This document shows, in pieces, positions 1-10,340 of a stretch of 64,000 bases of DNA (position 1 is its first letter; each line of letters starts with the position of its first letter). The notes beneath the pieces were generated by a model that was given only the letters and a program-made list of their open reading frames with translations, did not search any database and was not told the DNA's origin. Source of the stretch: an uncultured Mycoplasmatota bacterium. Lineage in GTDB: Bacteria > Bacillota_I > Bacilli_A > RF39 > UBA660. A program made the translations under genes and the position numbers. The stretch lies in assembly GCA_900546275.1 (NCBI GenBank), contig URCH01000003.1, positions 37,991 to 101,990 on the forward strand, in the 5' to 3' direction.

Positions 1-762
1 ATGATATCCAGACAACCCACCGCCATTATACCCGCCAGCATTTTGTTTAATCGAAGTATCACTCTTACCCATACCTCCAACATAAACATATAATGTAGTA
101 TTTTGTTTTAAATATATAGTTCCCTTTGTGTAGGCTCCTTTTCCTCCTTGTATAGTTTCGGAATAAGAACCACCTTGAGCTCCCCATAATTCAACTTGAT
201 AATATGCATCGATTGGTGCGACAAAAGTTTGTACATCACCAGTATAATCAAATTCATATATTTTATTTAAAACATCGATTCTAAGAGTAGCATAAGTACC
301 ATCTTTAAAAGATACAACAATTCTATGATAACTTCCGCTATAATTGTTATTTATATATTTTATAAACTTTATCATTCCATTATCAAGTTGCGATAAATCA
401 GAGGCAACAGCAGATGTAACATCCTCACTTAATAATAATAATTGTTTTATTTCTAATTTTTCATATAATAATTTACACATTTTTACATCATTATAAGTTT
501 GTATATTACATTCTGTAATATCTAAATATTTATTTTGACTATTAGAAAGTAAATCAACAATATTGTTCTTAGCATCACTTTCTATAAAACTCTTAATTTC
601 ATTTGCTTTATATATTGATTCTACAGGATTATATTTTAATGTTTGGTAAAAACTATTATAAACGCTTCTAAACTGAGCATACATAAATATTAGAATACTA
701 AACACTATTGTAGACACTATTAAAACTTCAGTAATCATAAATCCTTTATTATTTTTTTGCAT
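1..762 (-). CDS. Prepilin-type N-terminal domain protein with C-terminal glycine-rich domain; 5' end present (ATG at 762), 3' end runs off the window
   Basis: Manual reverse-strand translation from 762 gives MQKNNKGFMITEVLIVSTIVFSIL..., a class III signal peptide with G-F-x-x-x-E and a hydrophobic helix. The C-terminal part, VELWGAQGGSYSETIQGGKGAYTKGTIYL...VGGMG...GGYNGGG, resembles the Gly_rich (PF12810-like) domain. It is not in the ORF track because it is truncated by the window edge. Confidence 0.6.
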   Translation of the reverse strand, partial: MQKNNKGFMITEVLIVSTIVFSILIFMYAQFRSVYNSFYQTLKYNPVESIYKANEIKSFIESDAKNNIVDLLSNSQNKYLDITECNIQTYNDVKMCKLLYEKLEIKQLLLLSEDVTSAVASDLSQLDNGMIKFIKYINNNYSGSYHRIVVSFKDGTYATLRIDVLNKIYEFDYTGDVQTFVAPIDAYYQVELWGAQGGSYSETIQGGKGAYTKGTIYLKQNTTLYVYVGGMGKSDTSIKQNAGGYNGGGLSGYH

Positions 763-860
763 AAAACAGGCCCCTTTATCTTGATATTATCATATTTCTA
801 TTATATAATATTTTTAGAATAAAGGCTAGTCCTTTAAGAGTAAAAAGGAGAGAAAACATT

Positions 861-2135
861 GTGATTAAAGTATTTGATTTTGAAAAAATGCCGGTTGTTG
901 AAATCGTTAATGATATATTAGTAGATGCTTCAAGAAGAGGTGCGAGTGATATTCACTTTGACCCACTTTCTGAATATATGAAAATAAGAATAAGAATCGA
1001 TGGAGCATTAATGGATTATGCAACTATACCAAATAGTATAAAGAAAAATCTTATAACTCGTATAAAAATAATAAGTGGAATGAACATAACAGAATCACGT
1101 CTACCACAAGATGGTGCAATAAAAACCACACTTCAAGACTTGAATTTAGACCTTCGTGTTTCTTCAATACCAACAAATGAAGGTGAAAAAATAGTTATAC
1201 GTATTTTAGACTATTCAAAAAGTTTAGCAGGACTTGAATCACTTGGTTTTAGTGAAGAAAATCTAAAAAAAGTTTTAAAAATGATTGAAGTTCCTAACGG
1301 TATAATATTGGTAACAGGTGCGACTGGTACTGGTAAATCTACTACTGTCTATTCAATAATACAAAAATTAAATCGTGAAGATACAAATATAATAACTGTA
1401 GAAGATCCAATCGAAATGGATATAGAAGGCGTTAACCAAATACAAACAAATAGTGAAATTGGTTTAACATTTGCAACTGCACTTCGTTCAATATTACGTC
1501 AAGACCCAAATATAATAATGGTTGGAGAAATTCGTGATACTGAAACTGCTAAAATAGCTGTTAGAGCTTCTATTACAGGACATTTAGTTTTATCAACACT
1601 ACATACTAACAACTCACTAAATACAATCGAACGTTTACTAGATATGGAAGTTGAAAGATACCTTCTTGCTAGTTCATTAACAGGAATTATATCACAGAAA
1701 TTGGCGCGTAAGCTTTGTAAGGAATGTGCTGAAAAAAGACCTACCAATGAATATGAGAAAAAATTATTAAAAAAAGTATTAGGTCGTGATATAGATTATG
1801 TATATACAACTGTTGGATGTGAAAAATGTGGAAATGGATATCATGGAAGAGTTGCTATACATGAAGTATTAATGATTAATCAAGAAATTAAAGATGCATT
1901 AAGTGCAAATATTCCAAGAGAAAAATTAAGAGAATTAGTTTACAAATCAGATGTTACTACCCTACTTCAAGATGGCCTTGAAAAAGTTGTAGCTGGTGAA
2001 ACAACAATTGAAGAAATATTAAAATTAATTGAACTTGATAATGATGAAAGATATGAAAGTACATCAGAATATGATTTAAAAACAGCAATAGATTTTACTA
2101 ATATATCTCATAAAGATAAAGAAAATATTAATTAA
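861..2135 (+). CDS. pilB: Type IV pilus assembly ATPase, PilB/GspE family
   Basis: Walker A VTGATGTGKSTT. The Asp box, His box and a C-terminal tetracysteine motif (CKEC...CEKCGNGY) typical of GspE/PilB are present. Length is 424 aa. Confidence 0.9.
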   Translation: MIKVFDFEKMPVVEIVNDILVDASRRGASDIHFDPLSEYMKIRIRIDGALMDYATIPNSIKKNLITRIKIISGMNITESRLPQDGAIKTTLQDLNLDLRVSSIPTNEGEKIVIRILDYSKSLAGLESLGFSEENLKKVLKMIEVPNGIILVTGATGTGKSTTVYSIIQKLNREDTNIITVEDPIEMDIEGVNQIQTNSEIGLTFATALRSILRQDPNIIMVGEIRDTETAKIAVRASITGHLVLSTLHTNNSLNTIERLLDMEVERYLLASSLTGIISQKLARKLCKECAEKRPTNEYEKKLLKKVLGRDIDYVYTTVGCEKCGNGYHGRVAIHEVLMINQEIKDALSANIPREKLRELVYKSDVTTLLQDGLEKVVAGETTIEEILKLIELDNDERYESTSEYDLKTAIDFTNISHKDKENIN

Positions 2136-2156
2136 AAATAAGCATGATTATCATGC

Positions 2157-2930
2157 TTATTTTATTATTGTAAAAAAATCTAGTATTTGATTTATATCAA
2201 CTTTTGAAAACAATATAAGTATTGCACCCACTCCTAAAAATGGTCCAAATGGTAATATATGTTCTTTTTTTCTTAAACAAATTAGAAGTGCAACAGGAAG
2301 TCCTACTATTGCGCCAACAAAAATGGATATAAGAGCAAGAGGCCATCCTAAAACTAAACCATGAATTGCTAAAAGTTTTATATCTCCTCCACCCATCGAT
2401 TCTTTTTTAAATAAAAAATCTCCAAGCTTTTTAAGTAAGAACATAATAAATGAAGCAATAATTGCACTCATAATTCTATATAATAATATCTTATAACCAT
2501 ATATAAGGAATATTTCAATAATTAAAACTATTGCAAAAAATATTAAAACTTCATCTGAAATAATCATGAAATTATAATCACTAATAGTTATTATTAAAAT
2601 TAATGATATAAATGTTAAGGCAATTAGTAATTCGTAACTAAACCCAAATATTAAGAAAGCTAACATAAATAAAAGTCCAGACACAGTTTCAAATATTGGA
2701 TAAAACCATGAAATTTTTTGTTTACATTTACTACATTTTCCTCCTAAAAATAAAAATGAAAATATAGGAACAAGTTCCCATGGCATTAATTTATGATTGC
2801 AATTAGTGCAATGAGAACTTGGATATAATAATGATTCTCCCTTTGGTAACCTATAACCTACTACATTATAAAATGAACCTAACACAGTTCCAAAAAGGAA
2901 AAAGCAAAAAGCATAATAAATCGTCATCAT
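2157..2930 (-). CDS. pilD: Prepilin peptidase (A24 family, PilD/ComC)
   Basis: Polytopic membrane protein with an N-terminal Cys-rich segment (CTNC...CSKC) and a GGGDIKLL aspartyl-protease motif characteristic of A24 prepilin peptidases. Confidence 0.85.
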   Translation of the reverse strand: MMTIYYAFCFFLFGTVLGSFYNVVGYRLPKGESLLYPSSHCTNCNHKLMPWELVPIFSFLFLGGKCSKCKQKISWFYPIFETVSGLLFMLAFLIFGFSYELLIALTFISLILIITISDYNFMIISDEVLIFFAIVLIIEIFLIYGYKILLYRIMSAIIASFIMFLLKKLGDFLFKKESMGGGDIKLLAIHGLVLGWPLALISIFVGAIVGLPVALLICLRKKEHILPFGPFLGVGAILILFSKVDINQILDFFTIIK

Positions 2931-2939
2931 GTCAACTCC

Positions 2940-5081
2940 TTAAATTTGTTGTATTGTTTCATATAAACTAAACATTGGAATTACTATTGATAAAACAATT
3001 ACACCAACTATTGCAGTTAAGAAAACAAGTAATATTGGTTCCATTAATGTTTTAATTTTAGTAACCATATCTTTATGTAAGTCTTGATAGTATACAGAGA
3101 CTTTCTGCATCATTTCTGCTAATTGACCAGTACTTTCACCAGTCACCAACATCTCATATGCTGGAATTGGGAAAGCCCAATGATCCTTGAATGCCAAAGA
3201 TATTTTTTCACCCCTAGCAAGATTTGCAACCGTATCAACTATTATCATCTTATATATTTCATTATTAGTTATTTTATTTAATATATCCATACTATCAGTT
3301 ATATAAACATTATGAAATAATAAGGATGAAAAAGTTTTTGTAAGCATTGTAACTTCATTATATATTATTACATTTCCAATAACAGGTAAATGCATTAAGA
3401 ACCATTGCATTATAGTTCTAAATGGAGTTACTTTTTTATATAAAACAATTATTAATATAATAAATAAAACAATACCAAGTACAATAAATAATATATTTGC
3501 TTTAATAAAATCACTGACTGCTATTACAAATCTAGTAAACGCAGGGATCTTAGATGCATCCATTGATTCATACATTTTAACAAATTGTGGTACAACAAAT
3601 ATTAATATAAAAGTAATTACTACTATTGAAATAAAAAATACAATAGATGGATACATCATAGCATTAACCATTTGTTTTTTAGTTTGGTTTGCTTCGGTAT
3701 AATATTCAGCCATATCATCAAGTGACTCAGTTAATTCACCAGTTAATTCTGAAGCTTTAACCATATTTACCAATAATTTTGGAAATGTATTTCCTTGTTT
3801 TGCCATGGCGCTACTAAAACTTTCACCAGTTGATAAATCATATATCATTGTTCTAAATATATTTTTATATTTTTTTTGTTTATATTGTCTAGAAAGTATT
3901 TTTAATGCTTCAACTAAAGTAATACCTGCTTTTAAATAAGTAGATAATTGAGTTAAAAAGAATACTAAGTCTTTTGTTTTAAATTTTGGATTACCAGCTT
4001 CTCTATATAAATTCTGAATAAGCCAGTTAGTTTTTATACTATATACTTCATAACCTTCACTAAGTAAAAATGAGTGAACTTCTACTTTTGAATATGCAGC
4101 AAATCGTTCTTTAACTATTTTCCCTTCAGGATTTTTAGCTTCATATACATATACTATTTTATTTGCACTTTTTTCAGCGTCTTTTCCATCAAATTCAAGC
4201 ATTAGAGCTTGTCTATTTATATCTCTTTTGTTTCTTGCATTCTTAACAAATGATATATTATAAAATGCATTTTTAATCTTTTTACCAATAAGAGAAGGTA
4301 TTGTAGGAAGCATTTTAAAGAAAGCAGCAAGTTTTTGACTAGAAGTCATTTGATTTCTTTGTTTCTTTAGTTCTTCTTTTGCTTGTCTAACTTTTTCTTT
4401 TTCTAATTTTCTTTCTTCTTGTTCTTCAAGTTTTTTTCTAAGTTTTTCTTCTCTTAATTTTTCTTTTTCTAATTCTTTTGCAGTTTGTTTCTCTAACTTT
4501 TCTTTTTTTAATTTTTCTTTTTCTTCTTGTTTTTTTATTCTTTGTAAATACTTATCATCATTTTGTTTTAATAATTTTCTTTGTTCACGTAATTCTTCTT
4601 TTCTTAATCTTTTTTCTTCTCTAGCTTTTTCTCTTTTAGCAATTAGTTCATTCTTTTTTTGAATTCTTTCTTGTTGTTTTAAAAGTTTTTCTGCTTGTAA
4701 TTTTTCTTTTTTCTCTTTTCTTAATAATTTTCTTTGTTCATATAATTCTTCTTTTTTTAATCTTTTTTCTTCTCTTATTTTTTCTTTTTTAGCAATTAAT
4801 TCATTTTTTCTTTGAATTCTTTCTTGTTTTCTTAAAGTTTTTTCGGCATTATCGACATTATCAACATTATGTTTTTTATTTTTTAATAACATTTTATATA
4901 AATAAATAAAAGGTGTTGCAATTAAATATAAAACATATAAAATTCCTTTTAATGAATACATAATAAATTTAAATATATTATAAAATACAAAAAGTAAACC
5001 TAGAAATGGATACTTTATAAATTTTAATATAGTTGACAAAATATTATTACTTTTATTCGCCATATATTCATGCACTCCCAT
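2940..5081 (-). CDS. pilC: Type IV pilus platform protein PilC/GspF with a ~300-aa N-terminal extension (TM helix plus K/E-rich coiled coil)
   Basis: The C-terminal ~400 aa carry two GspF-type domains, including the IVYVYEAKNPEGKIVKERF start-like motif and a polytopic membrane region. The N-terminus has one hydrophobic helix followed by a lysine/glutamate-rich repeat. The likely true start is the second Met (MANKS...), which is preceded by a GGGAG ribosome-binding site. Confidence 0.8.
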   Translation of the reverse strand: MGVHEYMANKSNNILSTILKFIKYPFLGLLFVFYNIFKFIMYSLKGILYVLYLIATPFIYLYKMLLKNKKHNVDNVDNAEKTLRKQERIQRKNELIAKKEKIREEKRLKKEELYEQRKLLRKEKKEKLQAEKLLKQQERIQKKNELIAKREKAREEKRLRKEELREQRKLLKQNDDKYLQRIKKQEEKEKLKKEKLEKQTAKELEKEKLREEKLRKKLEEQEERKLEKEKVRQAKEELKKQRNQMTSSQKLAAFFKMLPTIPSLIGKKIKNAFYNISFVKNARNKRDINRQALMLEFDGKDAEKSANKIVYVYEAKNPEGKIVKERFAAYSKVEVHSFLLSEGYEVYSIKTNWLIQNLYREAGNPKFKTKDLVFFLTQLSTYLKAGITLVEALKILSRQYKQKKYKNIFRTMIYDLSTGESFSSAMAKQGNTFPKLLVNMVKASELTGELTESLDDMAEYYTEANQTKKQMVNAMMYPSIVFFISIVVITFILIFVVPQFVKMYESMDASKIPAFTRFVIAVSDFIKANILFIVLGIVLFIILIIVLYKKVTPFRTIMQWFLMHLPVIGNVIIYNEVTMLTKTFSSLLFHNVYITDSMDILNKITNNEIYKMIIVDTVANLARGEKISLAFKDHWAFPIPAYEMLVTGESTGQLAEMMQKVSVYYQDLHKDMVTKIKTLMEPILLVFLTAIVGVIVLSIVIPMFSLYETIQQI
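4524..4840. repeat. ~150-bp tandem duplication inside pilC, encoding two copies of QERIQ(R/K)KNELIAK(K/R)EK(I/A)REEKRL(K/R)KEEL(Y/R)EQRKLL
   Basis: The DNA copies at ~4570-4690 and ~4721-4840 are about 90% identical with a ~151-153 bp period. The protein repeats are clear in the supplied translation. Confidence 0.7.
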
Positions 5082-5192
5082 TTCTACTCTAACATTATTA
5101 TTATAGCATAAAAATATATTTTGTAAAATATTTTTGTAAATAACTTAAAAAAAATAATAAATATTTAATTTATTAGTATTTATTACTTATAA

Positions 5193-5599
5193 TTAATCTT
5201 TTTTTCTTTTTTTATTCATTATATAACTAAATAGTTTTCTAAGTTCTGTTTTTGTTTGTGCATCCATTTTTATAAAGTTTAAACGTATTTGATATCCACT
5301 ATCAAACGATAATAATATAGCACCTGATGTTGCTTTAAAAAGAACTGCACCGGTTGAAATTGAATCATAAGGTATTATATGTATTTTTTGCTTTTACTTA
5401 TTGGATTACAATCAAAAAGTACCATTCTGTCATTAGTAAAAACTCCCCTATCACTTAATGTTTTATATGCCTTATATATTATTTCTCCTTCATCAACATA
5501 ATCCGTTACATATTTAGGTAAACTAGTTTTATCTATTTCTTTACTAAAATTAAAGTATTTTGTTAATTCTTTATATTTAACATATGCCATTTTCTTCAC
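5193..5599 (-). pseudogene. Bacterial PH-domain (bPH, YdbS/YdbT-like) protein interrupted by a frameshift
   Basis: The 74-aa ORF 5375-5599 ends ...CNPISKSKKYI*. The +2 frame continues in-register as IPYDSISTGAVLFKATSGAILLSFDSGYQIRLNFIKMDAQTKTELRKLFSYIMNKKRKKD*, the conserved core of bPH domains. The shift lies next to an A6 run (gcaaaaaatac). Confidence 0.5.
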
Positions 5600-5626
5600 A
5601 TCCTATTATAGGTATAACATAAAAAA

Positions 5627-5650
5627 GCATTTATACAATAGTATAAATGC
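5627..5650 (-). terminator. Rho-independent terminator downstream of the lepB remnant
   Basis: Perfect 10-bp inverted repeat GCATTTATAC-aata-GTATAAATGC. On the minus strand it is followed by TTTTTTAT. Confidence 0.5.
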
Positions 5651-5761
5651 AACTGACTACCATAGTACAACATATTGTACTTTAGGTTCTAGAGTTTTGC
5701 GTTATTACCTTTCAATAACTTTGCCTGTGATAATTTTATAAGATTTTAATTTAAATGTCAA

Positions 5762-6291
5762 TCATTTAACAATTTTTAATTTATTTAGTGGCCATAATCT
5801 TATCCATGCTTTACCAATTATATCTTCTTTTTTTATAAGTCCAAAATTTCTTCCATCCATAGAATTGTTTCTATTGTCTCCTAACACTAGATAATATCCT
5901 TCTGGAATAACATCATATCCAAGTTCTTTTATATCAAAATCATCTGTTGTTGTATCTATAAATTCTTCTTTTACAGGATTCCCATTTACATACATTACAT
6001 TATTATTATATGCAATATGTTCATTTGGAAGTCCTACAATTCTCTTAATTAATAATTTTTCGTCATACTTAAGAACACTACTTCATTTCTTTTAATTTCT
6101 CTAAATTTATATACTATTTTATTAACTATTAAAACATCCCCCTCTTTTAAAGTAGGGCTCATAGAGGGTCCAATAACTTGTTGAAATGATACAATGTATA
6201 TAACTATTATGAGTATAATTAAAATCATTATAATATATTTCAATGAATCTTTTAAAAATTCTTTAATATCACGAAAATCCATGACGATCAC
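5762..6291 (-). pseudogene. lepB: Signal peptidase I (LepB/SipS family), disrupted by a frameshift and three consecutive in-frame TAA codons
   Basis: The N-terminal ORF carries the TM helix and box B (GPSMSPTL). The C-terminal ORF carries box E (GDNRNNSMDGRNFG). Box D (LLIKRIVGLPNEHIA) is encoded between them in the C-terminal frame but is followed immediately by taa-taa-taa. The N-terminal part is in a different frame and ends ...KNY*. Confidence 0.65.
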
Positions 6292-6400
6292 CTATAGTTA
6301 GGTATAGCATAACTTTTAAATATTTAAAAGTTAAAACTACCAAAATATATTTTGTAAAATTTTAAGCTATAGCTCATATAATATTTTAGAGGTGTTATAA

Positions 6401-6760
6401 ATGAACTACTATTTTCCATATGGAATAACAGGCTATCCATATTTTAGTGTACCACGTACAAGTACAGGATTATTTAGTAGGATATTTAGAAATGGTATAA
6501 ACTGGAGTGGTATTTTAAATGGTACTCAACGAACATTAAATATTATTAATCAAACAATTCCTACTATAAAACAAATAACTCCTGTTGTAAGAAATGCGAA
6601 AACAATGTTTAAAGTTATGAATGAGTTTAAAAAAACAGATACTGTAAATAGTAATACAGTATCTACTAATAATGAAAGTACAAATAGTAACAATATAGAA
6701 AATATAAATACAGTAAATACAAATAATGTAGATAATGGTGGGCCTACATTCTTTGCTTAA
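6401..6760 (+). CDS. Hypothetical protein with an aromatic-rich N-terminus and an Asn/Thr-rich low-complexity tail
   Basis: ORF only; no recognisable domain. It could be a small secreted or spore-associated protein. Confidence 0.3.
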   Translation: MNYYFPYGITGYPYFSVPRTSTGLFSRIFRNGINWSGILNGTQRTLNIINQTIPTIKQITPVVRNAKTMFKVMNEFKKTDTVNSNTVSTNNESTNSNNIENINTVNTNNVDNGGPTFFA

Positions 6761-6772
6761 AAAAACTATTTT

Positions 6773-7396
6773 TTATAGTTCTTTTTTTATTATATTTAAT
6801 ATTTGAAGCTGTCTTTGTAATTTGTTTTCATCGTATTTAGTAATATTTTTTTCGATATTATTTTTTAACTCATTTAAATATTTAACATAAGTTTCATTTT
6901 TTTTAAGACTTAATATTGGACCTAACAACAACTCTTTTTCAGTATATTTTTTTAAACCTTTTTTAAATTTAATTATAATATAGTATTTATCTTCAAATAT
7001 AATTTCTTCATCTATTATAAAGTAACCTAACTTGCATACATTTTTTCTAAGTTCATATATATTTTTATTAGATTGACAAATTAAATTATCAATATTTTTT
7101 TTATTTATTATCTTAATTATATTTTTTGTACCCATACCACTTATTATAACTGTACTATCAGGTAAAATATTAATATTTTCAAGTCCATTATTTAAAATAA
7201 CTTTTACATTTGAATTATTTTTTTCAATGTTTTTTTTAGCTTTTAATACACATTCTTCACTTACATCTATTGCAATACAGTTTTTATTAAAATTATTTGA
7301 TAAATATATATCTAATAATGCATGATCACATCCTACATCATATACATTTTTTGTATCTACTAAGTTTGCAATTGTTTTTAATCTTTTAGATAACAT
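6773..7396 (-). CDS. trmK: tRNA (adenine22-N1)-methyltransferase TrmK (YqfN-like class I SAM-dependent methyltransferase)
   Basis: It lies immediately downstream of sigA, as in the B. subtilis dnaG-sigA-yqfN operon. SAM-binding motif VYDVGCDHALL. Length ~207 aa. Confidence 0.7.
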   Translation of the reverse strand: MLSKRLKTIANLVDTKNVYDVGCDHALLDIYLSNNFNKNCIAIDVSEECVLKAKKNIEKNNSNVKVILNNGLENINILPDSTVIISGMGTKNIIKIINKKNIDNLICQSNKNIYELRKNVCKLGYFIIDEEIIFEDKYYIIIKFKKGLKKYTEKELLLGPILSLKKNETYVKYLNELKNNIEKNITKYDENKLQRQLQILNIIKKEL

Positions 7397-8487
7397 TAGT
7401 CACCCATATAATCTTTTAGTTTTCTAGATCTTGATGGATGTCTAAGTTTTCTTAATGCTTTAGCCTCAATTTGTCTTATACGTTCTCTTGTTACACCAAA
7501 CATTTGACCAACTTCTTCAAGAGTTCTTGATTTTCCATCTTCAAGTCCAAATCTTAATCTTATTACTTTTTCTTCTCTTTCAGTAAGGGTTAATAAAACA
7601 TCAGCTATTTCATCTTTTAACATTTCATTTGTTGCATATTCTTCTGGACTCATATTTCTTTCATCTTTTATGAAATCACCTAAATGTGAATCATCTTCTT
7701 CGCCTATTGGTGTTTCTAAGCTTACAGGTTCTTGACTAATTTTATATATTTCACGTATTTTATCTATTGAAACATTCATTTTTTTAGCTAATTCTTGTTC
7801 AGTTGGTTCACGATTAAGTTCCAAAGTTAATTGTCTTTGAATACGAGCAAGTTTATTAATAGTTTCTACCATGTGAACTGGAACTCTTATTGTTCTTGCT
7901 TGATCTGCTATTGCTCTTGTTATAGCTTGTCTTATCCACCAAGTAGCATATGTAGAAAATTTATATCCTTTTGTAACATCAAATTTGTCTACTGCTTTCA
8001 TTAATCCTATATTACCTTCTTGAATTAAATCAAGAAATAACATTCCACGTCCAACATATCTTTTAGCTATACTAACAACTAAACGTAAATTTGCTTCTGC
8101 AAGAATTGTTTTAGCTTGTTCGTCACCTTCAAGTATTCTATCAGCTAAATCTAATTCTTCTTGCATTGTTAAAAGTTTTATTTGACCTATTTCTTTTAAA
8201 TACATTCTAACTGGGTCATTAATTGTTAAATCTTTTGTCAAAACTTCATCATCTAATAATAATTTGTCTCCATCATCTTCATTTGTTCCATCTTCGTTTG
8301 CATCTTCTGATACTATAGCTATATTATTTTCATTAAAGACGTTATATAAATCATCTAAGCTATCAGCATCTAAATCAAGACCTTTTAAACTAGAAGCTAA
8401 TTCTTCATAAGTTAAAAAACCTTTTTCTTTACCTTTTTTTACTAATTCTTGTTTTCTTTCTTCATAACCTTTTATTTCATTTATCAT
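7396..8487 (-). CDS. sigA: Primary RNA polymerase sigma factor SigA/RpoD
   Basis: Regions 1.2 through 4.2 are present ([53 protein letters not shown]). An acidic N-terminal region is also present. Confidence 0.95.
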   Translation of the reverse strand: MINEIKGYEERKQELVKKGKEKGFLTYEELASSLKGLDLDADSLDDLYNVFNENNIAIVSEDANEDGTNEDDGDKLLLDDEVLTKDLTINDPVRMYLKEIGQIKLLTMQEELDLADRILEGDEQAKTILAEANLRLVVSIAKRYVGRGMLFLDLIQEGNIGLMKAVDKFDVTKGYKFSTYATWWIRQAITRAIADQARTIRVPVHMVETINKLARIQRQLTLELNREPTEQELAKKMNVSIDKIREIYKISQEPVSLETPIGEEDDSHLGDFIKDERNMSPEEYATNEMLKDEIADVLLTLTEREEKVIRLRFGLEDGKSRTLEEVGQMFGVTRERIRQIEAKALRKLRHPSRSRKLKDYMGD

Positions 8488-8498
8488 AATATTTCTCC

Positions 8499-10268
8499 TT
8501 AATCTTGTTTTTTTAAATCTATAATTCTTTGTAATAATTTTGCTTTTTCTATAGGTGATAATTCATTATGTATTTTTTCACCTAAATTATTGCATTCTTT
8601 TTTTAAATTGAATTCATTAATTACATTTATGTAATCATCTATTTCATCTTGCGTAAATTCATCTTTCAAGCCTAAACTATTAATTTCACCTAACACATTA
8701 AGCAATTTTTCATTTTCACTTGACAAATGTGTAATAAAATCAGCTTCATTTATTCCATCAATTGAACTATTTCTTTTATAATAATAACTAATTTCATAAG
8801 CAAGTTTTCTATATTTTTCTGTTGGTATATAAGTAACCTTTCTATCGTATGCTTTAATTACACTAGGACTTTTTAACATATAATATATTAAGTACATTTG
8901 TGCTTTTTCGTATTTAGTGTATTTTTTCCTTTCTTTTTTTTCTACATTTTGTATGTTTTTTTCAACTGGTTTTATTTTACTTTTTAATAAATCTATATCT
9001 ATACCTGATTCATTACTTATTTTTTGTAGTGTTAATTCTTTTAATATATCATCATCAATTTTATTTAACTCCTCAATAACACTATTAATATAATTAGCTT
9101 TTTCTATATTGTTATTAAAGTTTTTGCCTTTTTTTAAGTACATTAATTTAAAGTCCATTACATTAATTGGATTATTTAATTTATATTCAAATCTTTCTTT
9201 TCCATATTTTTTTATATAATCGTCTGGATCTAAATCTTCTTCCAATCTAATTATTTTAGGAATTATTCCCATACTATTTAATTCAGTTGAACATGAAAAT
9301 GTAGCTTTTGCTCCTGCATCATCACCGTCAAAACATAAAATTATATTTTTTGCCATTCTTTTTATCAAATTAGCTTGAGTTTTTGTAACAGAAGTTCCCA
9401 TAGTAGCAACTACATTTTTAATTCCAACAGAATACAATCTAATAACATCCATGAACCCTTCAACTATTATTATTTGATCTTTTTTTCTAGCTTCATCTTT
9501 TGCTCTGTGATAATTATATAAAAGTTCCCCTTTTTTAAATATTTCTGTTTCCATTGTATTTATATATTTGGAATCTTTTTCACCATTATATATTCTACCA
9601 CTATATCCAACTATATTACCTTTAGTATCATAAAGGGGAAACATTATCCTGTTATAATAGATATCTGTATATCCTCTATCTCTTTTTACAACTAACCCGC
9701 TTTTAATCATGTTTTCTTTACTGTATTTTTTATTTGTAAGTAATCTTACCAACATAGTATCATCTTTTAAGGCTAGTCCAATTTGAAATTCTTTTATTAT
9801 TTCATCATCTATTTTTCTTGAATGTAGATATTCTTTAGCTTTTTTACCTTCAACTGTATTTATATTATTTTGATAAAATTTTGTGCTTATATCATATATA
9901 TCATATAATTCTTGGTTAGGTACTATTTTATTTTGTATTTTTCCAATGTTAACGCTTATACCAGCATAATCTGCAACTGTCTTTAATGCTTCTCTAAATG
10001 ATATATTTTGATAATCTTGAATAAATTTAAATACATTTCCTGTTGCTCCACAAGTAAAGCATGTATAAATCTGTTTTTCCTTAGAAACACTCATACTTGG
10101 AGAATGGTCATCGTGAAATGGACATACACCAAAGTAATTTTTACCTTTTTGTGTTAATGGAATATATTTAGATATTATATCTACAATATCTACACTACTT
10201 CTAATATTACTTATTTCCTCGTTTGTTAAAATGTCCATATACCACACCCTAATAATAATATACGACAA
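8499..10268 (-). CDS. dnaG: DNA primase DnaG
   Basis: Zinc-ribbon [13 protein letters not shown]...CFTCG, a TOPRIM domain (EGFMDV, DGDDAG) and a C-terminal helicase-interaction domain. The true start is probably the internal Met (MDILTNEEI...). Confidence 0.95.
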   Translation of the reverse strand: MSYIIIRVWYMDILTNEEISNIRSSVDIVDIISKYIPLTQKGKNYFGVCPFHDDHSPSMSVSKEKQIYTCFTCGATGNVFKFIQDYQNISFREALKTVADYAGISVNIGKIQNKIVPNQELYDIYDISTKFYQNNINTVEGKKAKEYLHSRKIDDEIIKEFQIGLALKDDTMLVRLLTNKKYSKENMIKSGLVVKRDRGYTDIYYNRIMFPLYDTKGNIVGYSGRIYNGEKDSKYINTMETEIFKKGELLYNYHRAKDEARKKDQIIIVEGFMDVIRLYSVGIKNVVATMGTSVTKTQANLIKRMAKNIILCFDGDDAGAKATFSCSTELNSMGIIPKIIRLEEDLDPDDYIKKYGKERFEYKLNNPINVMDFKLMYLKKGKNFNNNIEKANYINSVIEELNKIDDDILKELTLQKISNESGIDIDLLKSKIKPVEKNIQNVEKKERKKYTKYEKAQMYLIYYMLKSPSVIKAYDRKVTYIPTEKYRKLAYEISYYYKRNSSIDGINEADFITHLSSENEKLLNVLGEINSLGLKDEFTQDEIDDYINVINEFNLKKECNNLGEKIHNELSPIEKAKLLQRIIDLKKQD

Positions 10269-10340
10269 AAATTTCCAATTTCCTTTTTTTTATTCATTTT
10301 TTTTAATATTTTAACCATATTATTTAATAGAGGTGATTTT

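Noticed and set aside
1499-1747. Short antisense ORFs nested inside long genes (1499-1747, 11051-11269, 12540-12737, 13910-14206, 15232-15495, 17688-17894, 20770-21000, 26725-26952, 32087-32422, 34013-34492, 36387-36782, 38044-38229, 39336-39554, 41742-41942, 45068-45259, 46164-46586, 48024-48269, 50047-50235, 50858-51073, 51863-52060, 56926-57159, 60919-61155, 62345-62593, 63131-63403, 63681-63950).
   Set aside because: Each lies entirely within a well-supported gene on the opposite strand, has low-complexity AT-codon-driven composition and lacks a ribosome-binding site. These are artefacts of AT-rich sequence.
5600-5760. A possible small RNA or riboswitch in the 160-bp gap with two hairpins.
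   Set aside because: Only a terminator hairpin and a short 6-bp inverted repeat are visible. No conserved riboswitch, T-box or leader motifs (no specifier/T-box sequence, no RNA-element consensus) could be recognised.
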